IMG/VR virus record: IMGVR_UViG_2974679032_000001
Coordinates: 1 to 64,000 of that record
Length of the DNA: 64,000 nt
Direction: 5' to 3' (one strand)
Source: a virus
Lineage: Duplodnaviria > Caudoviricetes
Both the position numbers and the translations under genes were made by a program. The notes below the pieces were generated by a model that was not told where the DNA came from, did not search any database, and was given only the letters and a program-made list of their open reading frames with translations. Shown piece after piece: positions 56,620 through 63,573 of the stretch. Position 1 is the stretch's first letter, and every line of letters starts with the position of its first letter.

Positions 56620-56651
56620 GGTCGTGCTCCTTCGTGGTTGGGTTGGTGCTT

Positions 56652-56687
56652 GGAGCCGGGAGGCTGGCTGCTCAACCTCCCGGCTCC
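56652..56687. terminator. intergenic stem-loop
   Basis: GGAGCCGGGAGG-12nt-CCTCCCGGCTCC. Confidence 0.55.
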
Positions 56688-56719
56688 CCAACTCGGCGCG
56701 GCAGCGCCGGGCTGGTTGA

Positions 56720-56989
56720 TCAGAGGGCCTCGGGATGGCCCGGCGGCGGGCCGGGCGGCTCCTCGGTGGCCGGATGGACATCGACCGGGTGGGCGGTGCC
56801 GATGCGCACGCCCGCGATCTGGACCTGGCCGATGATCTCGCCGGTATCCAGGGCGATCTGGAGCACGATGGGCGGGAGCTGATCGCGCCGCCCAAGCTCC
56901 CGGCCCTGGGCGCGGCCGATGCCCTTGGCCAGGCTCCAGGTCAGCCCGATGCCGACCATGATCCAGAACGTGGCCAGTGCGCCGCTCAT
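56720..56989 (-). CDS. small membrane protein
   Basis: MSGALATFWIMVGIG TM; 4-bp overlap. Confidence 0.6.
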   Translation of the reverse strand: MSGALATFWIMVGIGLTWSLAKGIGRAQGRELGRRDQLPPIVLQIALDTGEIIGQVQIAGVRIGTAHPVDVHPATEEPPGPPPGHPEAL

Positions 56990-57387
56990 CGCGGGCCGGG
57001 AGCCGCGCCGGAGCCAGCGTGGGGCGCGCACGGCCAGGGCGCGATCAACACCCCGCCGAGGTCGTAGCACCCGGCTGGCTTGCCCTCGGGGTTGTTCGGG
57101 CCGCAGACCCGGTTGCCGTCATCCACGCACGACCAGCCCGGCTCGTCCTCCTCGCTCGGCCCGAGCATGAGGTCGCTCAGGCTCTTGGGCTGCCAGCTCG
57201 GGGCCGGGTGGGTGAGCGCGCTGGCCAGCACCAGCGGATCGACCGAGGTGCCCTGGCTGGGCGCGCTGGCGGCGGGGATGGCCGGGGGCAGCTTGTCCGG
57301 CGTGATCATCGCGCCGACGGGGATGCCGACGGCGAGGCCGATGAACAGGCCGGTGGCTCCGGCGATATGGCGGGCGTCGATTCTCAT
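56986..57387 (-). CDS. membrane-anchored protein with EEDEPGWSC..DGNRVCG motif
   Basis: AGGAGG RBS; N-terminal TM. Confidence 0.7.
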   Translation of the reverse strand: MRIDARHIAGATGLFIGLAVGIPVGAMITPDKLPPAIPAASAPSQGTSVDPLVLASALTHPAPSWQPKSLSDLMLGPSEEDEPGWSCVDDGNRVCGPNNPEGKPAGCYDLGGVLIAPWPCAPHAGSGAAPGPR

Positions 57388-57467
57388 GGATTCCTCCTGG
57401 TAGTCCCGGCGGGGCTATCCCGTCGCGGGTTAGTTCGGTTATATCAGCCGAGCCTAGCGCAGCGCAC

Positions 57468-57788
57468 TCAATTCCCCGAGTTCGTCTGGGAAGTGCCGCA
57501 CCGCATCGTCTGGCGCTCGCCACGGCTGGCCATCCGCTGGCCCCGGTCGGCGCGGTACATGGCCTCCACAGCCGCCGCGATCCTGGGCGGGAGGCTGGCG
57601 CGCAGCGGTGCGTAGGCCCCGCGCTGGGTCAGCTCGTCGGCGATGGCCGAGATGCCGCCGTAATGCCGGTGGGCCTGGGCGGGGTTAGCCACCACGAACC
57701 CGAGGGTGAAGATCAGGGTGGCGGTGGGCACGTCGGCGATGGGGGTATTGCCGGGGTCCGCCTGGGCGGCGGGGAGGTTGTGGGTCAT
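57468..57788 (-). CDS. hypothetical protein
   Basis: First leftward gene after the promoter at 57846-57875. Confidence 0.65.
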   Translation of the reverse strand: MTHNLPAAQADPGNTPIADVPTATLIFTLGFVVANPAQAHRHYGGISAIADELTQRGAYAPLRASLPPRIAAAVEAMYRADRGQRMASRGERQTMRCGTSQTNSGN

Positions 57789-57831
57789 GCGCGGAGAGCC
57801 TACTCCTGCCCGACTTGGGAGGGCACCGGCT

Positions 57832-57845
57832 CGCGCGCGCGCGCG
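57832..57845. repeat. (CG)7 tract
   Basis: Directly visible. Confidence 0.9.
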
Positions 57846-57875
57846 ATTTTAGCAGACTCGCCCCGAGATGGTCAA
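57846..57875 (-). promoter_or_regulatory. strong SigA-like leftward promoter P1
   Basis: TTGACC-N18-TAAAAT with extended -10 TGc. Confidence 0.8.
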
Positions 57876-57998
57876 TATGATCTTCATCATGTTTGTGGAT
57901 TAGGTTGATAGGTATAGGCTCGCCGTGCTTCGCCAGTTAGCGAGGCGAGCGACTCCCTAAATCTTCCCCTTGCTTGGCGCTATCGCTGGCGCTATCCT

Positions 57999-58018
57999 CG
58001 CGCGCGCGCGCGCGCGCG
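57999..58018. repeat. (CG)10 tract
   Basis: Directly visible. Confidence 0.9.
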
Positions 58019-58136
58019 GGCGAGGCCATGAGCACGTCGAGCGCCAGGGCCTCGATAGCGGGACAGTGCTCGCCCCTTCCAGGCTCGCCCTCCCGGCATC
58101 AGTGCCAGCGCGGGTTAGCTAGGTTAGGATCGCCGG

Positions 58137-58889
58137 ATGACCACAACCAAGGGCCGCAAGGCCACCCGCAAGGCTCCAGAAGATGCCCGCGACGAGACGC
58201 TGGCTCAGTTCGCCAAGATGGTCGATGACCACCACGGCTCGGCGGTCGGGTTCGACCGGCTCGTCAAGGAGCTGGCCCGCGCCCGCGCCCAGATCGCTCA
58301 GGTCAAGGCTGCGCGCGACGAGGTGTTCAGCGTCGTCAAGGCCAGGTTCGAGGAGGGCCACCGGATCGCTGGCCCTGGCGTGGAGCTGCGGCTCACTGCC
58401 GCTGGCGAGGCCAAGATCGAGCGCGCCGTAGAGAGCGCGGCGGTGAAGAAGCACAACCCGGCGGCGTGGCGGCGGGCGCAAGCCGATGTCCCATACGTCC
58501 AGGTGAAGGCCCCGGCGGCGGCGAAGCTGGCCATCGAGCTGATCCCGACGCCGACGGTCAACGAGGACTGGCCGGTGGAGAAGGCGGTGGAGGTGTATCA
58601 GCACGATCCCGCCTGGGTCCGGCTCAAGGAGCTGCGCGAGATCGAGGAGGAGACCCTCGCCAAGCTCGACAAGCTCGCCGCCGACTTCGGCTGGGACGGC
58701 CACCCCATCACGTTCTCCGATGGCTGGTCAATTGGCTTGCGCCGCAAGCAATTCAGCGCGGCTAAGCTCGCCGAGCTGGAGCCGGAGGTGTTCGAGGCGC
58801 TGGCTGTGAGCAAGGTGAGGCAGGCGACACCCCGCGTGTATGTGGCCTCTACCAGCGCCGATGGTGCCACCGACGCCATCGCTGACTAA
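58137..58889 (+). CDS. uncharacterised two-repeat protein, paralog A1
   Basis: Aligns with 59396..60172 (DETLA.F, PYVQVK, GWDG.P.TF.DGW..GLRRK). Confidence 0.8.
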   Translation: MTTTKGRKATRKAPEDARDETLAQFAKMVDDHHGSAVGFDRLVKELARARAQIAQVKAARDEVFSVVKARFEEGHRIAGPGVELRLTAAGEAKIERAVESAAVKKHNPAAWRRAQADVPYVQVKAPAAAKLAIELIPTPTVNEDWPVEKAVEVYQHDPAWVRLKELREIEEETLAKLDKLAADFGWDGHPITFSDGWSIGLRRKQFSAAKLAELEPEVFEALAVSKVRQATPRVYVASTSADGATDAIAD

Positions 58890-58910
58890 CCCAGGGTTAG
58901 GATGCTAACC
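58886..58910. promoter_or_regulatory. putative RHH operator over a leaderless promoter
   Basis: CTAACC-cag-GGTTAG-gatg-CTAACC containing the TAGGAT -10, 7 nt before ATG. Confidence 0.6.
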
Positions 58911-59153
58911 ATGAGCCTCCCCCGCGTCATCCGCCCGAGCGGCGCTCATGCGCCCGAGCCGCCCATCCTGGTGCCCATCAAGATGCGCCCTGACCTGCGG
59001 CGACGGTTCCGCGTGCGCGCCGTCCAGGCCGACATGACCTACGCCCAGCTCATCGAGCACTGGCTCGACGCCGAGGACCGGCGCGAGGCCAGGGCGGCGG
59101 CGCGCCAGGCCCATCCGCTCCATCGCCCAGCGCCCGAGGCGGCGACATCGTGA
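58911..59153 (+). CDS. ribbon-helix-helix DNA-binding protein, paralog R1
   Basis: LVPIKMRPDLRRRFRVRAVQADMTYAQLIEHWLD. Confidence 0.75.
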   Translation: MSLPRVIRPSGAHAPEPPILVPIKMRPDLRRRFRVRAVQADMTYAQLIEHWLDAEDRREARAAARQAHPLHRPAPEAATS

Positions 59154-59173
59154 ACCCGATGCACCCGCCCGCG

Positions 59174-59203
59174 ATTTTAGCAGACTCGCCCCTGACAAGT
59201 CAA
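59174..59203 (-). promoter_or_regulatory. strong SigA-like leftward promoter P2
   Basis: TTGACT-N18-TAAAAT with extended -10; 23-bp identity with P1. Confidence 0.75.
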
Positions 59204-59395
59204 ATGTTGATTTCCTTGACGGGGAGGTTAGGATCGGCCTCATCCAGGCCGACCTAATCCGGCTCCGCCTGCCTCCCACGATGAGATGGTCGAGGACATC
59301 ACCAACGGCGAAGATAATGGGATCAGGCGCGCCCGAAACTCGCGCGCCTCCCGGCATCAGTGCCTCCGGTAGGGTTAGCGAGCTATCCTGGCCGG

Positions 59396-60172
59396 ATGAC
59401 CACGACCAAGCGCAAGGGCGTAGGCCCTACCAAGAAGGCTCGCCGAGCCACCGAGACCGTCTACGACGAGACGCTGGCTGAGTTCAGCCGCGCGCTCGAT
59501 TCCCACCTCCATCGCCCCGCCGGGTTCGCCGAGGCGGTGCTGGAGCTGCACCGGATCAGGCGCACCAGAGCGATCCTGCGGGAGCGGCGGAGCGAGATAT
59601 TCAGCAGGCTGCGAGAGCACGCCGAGCGCGGCAACACGTTCGTCAGGATCAGCGACACCGAGGCGTATGAGCTGCGGCGCACCACCCCGGCTGCGCAGAC
59701 GGTGACCAAGACGGTGACGAGCGCGGCGGCGGTGAAGGCGGGCGCTGGCCTCTGGGAGGCGGCGAGGGTGATCACCCCATACGTCCAGGTCAAGTCGCCG
59801 GTTGGGGCCGTGCCTGATCTCCCGCTCCCGGCGATGCCAGAGGTGCCGCCCTCGGGCGTGAGCCTGGCCGGGGCGGTGGCGGCGTATCGCTCGGTGCCCA
59901 AGGACGCGGAGCTGCGGAACCAGGAGGAGGAGATCATCACCGCCCTGGAGAAGATCGCCGCCGACGCCGGGTGGGATGGCGAGCCGGTCACGTTCGGCGA
60001 TGGCTGGGTGGTCGGCCTGCGGCGCAAGGAGTACAGCTCCGACCAGCTCAAGGCCAACGATCCGGCCGCGTGGGATGCGCTGGCCACCCCGGTGATCAAG
60101 GGCGGGCACTCTCGGCTCTACCTGGCCAAGGTCAACGCGGCCGGGGAGGCGTCCGAGGAGTGGGCTGACTGA
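59396..60172 (+). CDS. uncharacterised two-repeat protein, paralog A2
   Basis: TATCCT-6nt-ATG, MTTTKRKG; paralog of 58137..58889. Confidence 0.8.
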   Translation: MTTTKRKGVGPTKKARRATETVYDETLAEFSRALDSHLHRPAGFAEAVLELHRIRRTRAILRERRSEIFSRLREHAERGNTFVRISDTEAYELRRTTPAAQTVTKTVTSAAAVKAGAGLWEAARVITPYVQVKSPVGAVPDLPLPAMPEVPPSGVSLAGAVAAYRSVPKDAELRNQEEEIITALEKIAADAGWDGEPVTFGDGWVVGLRRKEYSSDQLKANDPAAWDALATPVIKGGHSRLYLAKVNAAGEASEEWAD

Positions 60173-60188
60173 GGTTATATTTGTAATC

Positions 60189-60422
60189 ATGGCTAACCCA
60201 TCCCGCCCCGCGCGCGGCACCGTGGTGATCGGCTCGACGGCCACACCGACGGTGCTGCTCCCCGTCAAAGTGCCGCCTGACCTGCGGCAACGCTTCAAGG
60301 TCGCAGCTGCCGAGGAGGGCACCACCTACGCGGGCCTGATCGAGCTGTGGCTGGATGAGCGTGACCGCAAGCGCCAGCGAGCGGCGGCGCGCCAGGCCCA
60401 TCCACTCCACCAGCCCGCGTGA
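60189..60422 (+). CDS. ribbon-helix-helix DNA-binding protein, paralog R2
   Basis: LLPVKVPPDLRQRFKVAAAEEGTTYAGLIELWLD; shares AAARQAHPLH with R1. Confidence 0.75.
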   Translation: MANPSRPARGTVVIGSTATPTVLLPVKVPPDLRQRFKVAAAEEGTTYAGLIELWLDERDRKRQRAAARQAHPLHQPA

Positions 60423-60598
60423 ACGCGCCCGCTCGCTTCACATGGAAGGGCCTGCCCGTCGAGTGCGGTCAAGGCTGTGGCGCTCATGGCGTGCCGGTGG
60501 CCACCGAGGACGGCTGGCGGCTGCCGGTCCACTCGATGCAGCTGCCGACCGGCGAGCGCGTCCACTGCCCTGGATCGCTGCGGGCGGTCGAGCCGTGA
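60419..60598 (+). CDS. 59-aa putative Zn-binding protein (not in ORF track)
   Basis: GTG; CGQGC..H..CPGS; overlaps at both ends. Confidence 0.55.
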   Translation: MNAPARFTWKGLPVECGQGCGAHGVPVATEDGWRLPVHSMQLPTGERVHCPGSLRAVEP

Positions 60599-60810
60599 TG
60601 GGTATCCAGGAGATGCACGACGACGAGGTGCGCGCCCGGCTGGGCCTTGCTCCGGTGGATCGCCCGGCCACCATCGAGGAGCGCATCGAGGCCAACATGG
60701 TGCGGGCGATGCCCGAGCCTTACGACGTGGAGGACCATCCGAGATGCACATGTCGCGACTCCGACGTGGGCTGGATGGATTGCCCGGTCCACCCCGAGCC
60801 GTGCCGATAG
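60598..60810 (+). CDS. hypothetical protein (CTC..CPVH)
   Basis: ATG overlapping the upstream stop. Confidence 0.6.
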   Translation: MGIQEMHDDEVRARLGLAPVDRPATIEERIEANMVRAMPEPYDVEDHPRCTCRDSDVGWMDCPVHPEPCR

Positions 60811-60817
60811 GAGGCCG

Positions 60818-60961
60818 ATGGACATCCCCGAGGGCCTGAGCGCCCCAGCCGAGCGGCTCCACCGCGCGCTGCTCGCCGCTGAGCGGTGCTCGACTGAGTA
60901 CCAGCAATACGCCGACGCCGCCGCGGTGCGCGCAGCTCAAGAGCTTCTGGAGGCCCAGTGA
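60818..60961 (+). CDS. hypothetical protein
   Basis: AGGAGG RBS; MDIPEGLS. Confidence 0.6.
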   Translation: MDIPEGLSAPAERLHRALLAAERCSTEYQQYADAAAVRAAQELLEAQ

Positions 60962-61668
60962 CCGCCGCGATGGCCGAGCCGCCCGACGACATGGACGGCC
61001 AGCTCTCCGAGATGCTCAAGAGCGAGCTGATCGAGCGCCGAGCCAAGGTGATGTTTCTGCGCAACGCCGGGGCCACCTGGCAGGCCATCGCCAAGGAGTG
61101 CGGGGTCAGCGAGGCGACGTGCCGCAAGGACTACCAGGTGGTCTGCCGCGACATCAACAACGAGCAGCCCGCCAACATCGTGGCGCGGCACCGCGCGGTC
61201 ATCTTCGACATCCAGCGCGCCAACTACGCGGCGATGATGAAGGGCAACGTCAAGGCGGCGACGGTGATCCTGCGCGCGCTGGATCGAGAGTCCCGCCTGC
61301 TCGGCCTCGATGCGCCCACGCGCATCCTGGCCGGGGTATCCGACGTGGAGTTCGCCAACGAGGCGGCTCGCCTGATCGAACGCATCCAGTCCCTCGACCC
61401 CACAACCCTCAAGGAGCTAGAACGTGGCCACTCCATCATCGACGCCGAGGCCGATTTCGTCCGTGACGAGCCAAACCAGTCACCTGACCGCGAGCCTGCG
61501 CCTGGCGCTGGACAAGCTCAGTCGGATGGGCCTACGCCCGAGCCGGGGCCGGGGCCTGATGCCGCCGACAGCTCCCGAGCCGACGCGGCCGGGCACGCCG
61601 GAGAGCCTCAAGCGCGCGCTGGCGACCCCGAGCCAGACGACGACGACGATGACTGGTCCAACATCTGA
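60958..61668 (+). CDS. HTH DNA-binding protein (terminase small subunit-like)
   Basis: ERRAKVMFLRNAGATWQAIAKECGVS..RLLGLDAP; acidic tail. Confidence 0.7.
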   Translation: MTAAMAEPPDDMDGQLSEMLKSELIERRAKVMFLRNAGATWQAIAKECGVSEATCRKDYQVVCRDINNEQPANIVARHRAVIFDIQRANYAAMMKGNVKAATVILRALDRESRLLGLDAPTRILAGVSDVEFANEAARLIERIQSLDPTTLKELERGHSIIDAEADFVRDEPNQSPDREPAPGAGQAQSDGPTPEPGPGPDAADSSRADAAGHAGEPQARAGDPEPDDDDDDWSNI

Positions 61669-62164
61669 GCCGACCCACACCTGTGACCTGGTGGAGCGCC
61701 ATCGGGTGACGTTCCCGGTGGGCGCTCACCCCGACAACGTGGCCGAGGCGCGCAAGGTCGCCGAGGCGTGGGCCGAGCGCGAGGGCATGGAGATCGGGGC
61801 CGGGAGCTTCTCGGTGATCGCCTCGACCAATGGCCTACCGCTGGCCGGGCAGGGCGGCTGGCTGGGCGTGGCGTTCGAGGTCACCGTGGGCAAGGGCGAC
61901 ATCGACCTGGCCGACCCCGAGGCCGACTCCTGGACCTGGAGCGCGCGGATGCACCACTGGCGTCGGTTCCTGAGCGGCACCGCTCGCTCCGGCCGCAAGA
62001 TCGCCGCCCGCGAGGACGGCAAGGCCAGCGTCACCCGCATCCACGCCAGAGACGGCGGCTCCGGCCGCTCAGGGGTGGCCACCGGCCTGGAGCCGGGCTG
62101 CACATGCCACCTCGGCGGGCCATTCGTGGACATCTGCCCCATCCACTTCGAGGCCGACCGATGA
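61649..62164 (+). CDS. hypothetical protein (C-terminal CTC..CPIH)
   Basis: GC3-rich frame. Confidence 0.6.
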   Translation: MTGPTSEPTHTCDLVERHRVTFPVGAHPDNVAEARKVAEAWAEREGMEIGAGSFSVIASTNGLPLAGQGGWLGVAFEVTVGKGDIDLADPEADSWTWSARMHHWRRFLSGTARSGRKIAAREDGKASVTRIHARDGGSGRSGVATGLEPGCTCHLGGPFVDICPIHFEADR

Positions 62165-62358
62165 GCGGCCAGGAGATCGAGCGCGCCAGCCTGACCGGCG
62201 AGGTGCTCCCGCCAGCTGCCGCGCCCGAGCCAGCGCCGGAGGGCACCGAGGTGCGCCTGAGCATCCGCCGCCATCGGTGCGGCGAGTGCTACCGGCTGAT
62301 CACGACACCGGGCGATCACCGCGATGGGTGCAGCCACATCCCTCCGGCCGTCAGCTAG
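62161..62358 (+). CDS. small Zn-finger-like protein
   Basis: CGEC..HRDGCS; 4-bp overlap. Confidence 0.6.
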   Translation: MSGQEIERASLTGEVLPPAAAPEPAPEGTEVRLSIRRHRCGECYRLITTPGDHRDGCSHIPPAVS

Positions 62359-62367
62359 CCTGGCGTC

Positions 62368-62643
62368 GTGGTGCCCACCGATCTCGCCCGCCTGGCCAGC
62401 GCCCGGCTGCCCGACTCCGACGCCGCGCTGATGAGCGTGGCCCAGGAGGGCGTTCGCCTGGCCGACATGCTGCCCGGCCAGAAGGCGGCGGTGGCCACCT
62501 GGCTGCGCAACGAGGCGGGCAAGCTCTACTGGCGCGCCCAGGGCGATCTGAGCCATGATCCCGAGCGCGCTGAGCGGGCGCTGGGGATGCGCAACCAGAT
62601 GATCGCCAAGGCCGTCGAGATCGAGGAGGGCCTGGCCCGATGA
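62368..62643 (+). CDS. hypothetical protein
   Basis: TAGCCT-6nt-GTG. Confidence 0.65.
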   Translation: MVPTDLARLASARLPDSDAALMSVAQEGVRLADMLPGQKAAVATWLRNEAGKLYWRAQGDLSHDPERAERALGMRNQMIAKAVEIEEGLAR

Positions 62644-62741
62644 CCCCCGAGCTGCGCGCGGTCCTGGTCACCCTGGCCATCCTCGCCGGGCTGGCGCTCA
62701 TCGCGTTCGGCACCTACACCAGCCTGGGAGGGTTCCAGTGA
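62640..62741 (+). CDS. 33-aa single-TM protein (not in ORF track)
   Basis: MTPELRAVLVTLAILAGLALIAFGTYTSLGGFQ; 4-bp overlaps at both ends. Confidence 0.6.
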   Translation: MTPELRAVLVTLAILAGLALIAFGTYTSLGGFQ

Positions 62742-63469
62742 CCAAGGCCACCGGGCGGCTGCTCCACCACGATCCGGCCAGCCGCGCCTACGCCGCCCCG
62801 CGCCGGACGCTCAAGCGCGCCAGCTGGCGGCACGACATGGGTCCGGTGCTCGACCAGGCCGACATCAACGGCTGCACCGGCTGGTCCGGCGCGGACTGGA
62901 TGAACAGCGCCAAGGGCATCGAGGGCCGCAAGCGATGGAACTTCCACCACGGCAAGAGCCGCCTGATCGAGATGCGCCGCTACGTCGGCGACGACGCCGG
63001 GCTGGAACTCTACAAGCTCGCCACCCGCAACGATCCGTTCGACTTCACCTACCCGCCCACCGACGGCGGCTCCTCGGGCCTGGGTGTGGCCAAGGCGCTC
63101 AAGAGCCTCGGGGTGATCGACGCCTACCTGTGGACGTTCGACTTCGAGCAGATGCTCGCCCACGGCCAGGCCCAGCCGGTGCTGCTGGGCACGCTGTGGA
63201 CCGACGCCATGAGCGACCCCGACTCCAAGGGCCTGATCCGCATCGGCTCAGCGCGCCAGATCAAGGCGGCGGAGGACTCGGGCATGGGCCACGAGTACAC
63301 GCTGCGCGGGGTCAACTGGCCGCGCAAGCTCGCGCGCATCCGCAATCACTGGACCTCGGCCTGGGGCGATGACGGCGAGGCCGACATCCCGCTGGACGAC
63401 CTGGAGACCCTGATCATCGCCAAGCAAGGCGACGTGATGGTGCCCGAGGTGAGCGCGGTGGCGGCATGA
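62738..63469 (+). CDS. papain-like (C1) cysteine protease
   Basis: VLDQADINGCTGW (Q/C), GHEY (H), IRNHWTSAWGDDG (N). Confidence 0.8.
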   Translation: MTKATGRLLHHDPASRAYAAPRRTLKRASWRHDMGPVLDQADINGCTGWSGADWMNSAKGIEGRKRWNFHHGKSRLIEMRRYVGDDAGLELYKLATRNDPFDFTYPPTDGGSSGLGVAKALKSLGVIDAYLWTFDFEQMLAHGQAQPVLLGTLWTDAMSDPDSKGLIRIGSARQIKAAEDSGMGHEYTLRGVNWPRKLARIRNHWTSAWGDDGEADIPLDDLETLIIAKQGDVMVPEVSAVAA

Positions 63470-63573
63470 GCATCGGGCGCTGGGTCGCTGTGGCCGGGTC
63501 GGCGATGATCGTCACCGTGTCCGGCGCGCTCTGGCTGGCCGACAAGCTCGACGTGTGGATGCTCCTGTCGTGA
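63466..63573 (+). CDS. 35-aa single-TM protein (not in ORF track)
   Basis: MSIGRWVAVAGSAMIVTVSGALWLADKLDVWMLLS; 4-bp overlaps. Confidence 0.55.
   Translation: MSIGRWVAVAGSAMIVTVSGALWLADKLDVWMLLS

Noticed and set aside
59150-59257. 35-codon GTG ORF overlapping the R1 stop
   Set aside because: Rare codons throughout and it coincides with promoter elements; more likely non-coding
57830-59400. CRISPR- or guide-array interpretation of the repeated 23-mer and 18-mer
   Set aside because: Only two copies 1.3 kb apart, and the 23-mer is explained as a promoter; no regular repeat-spacer period
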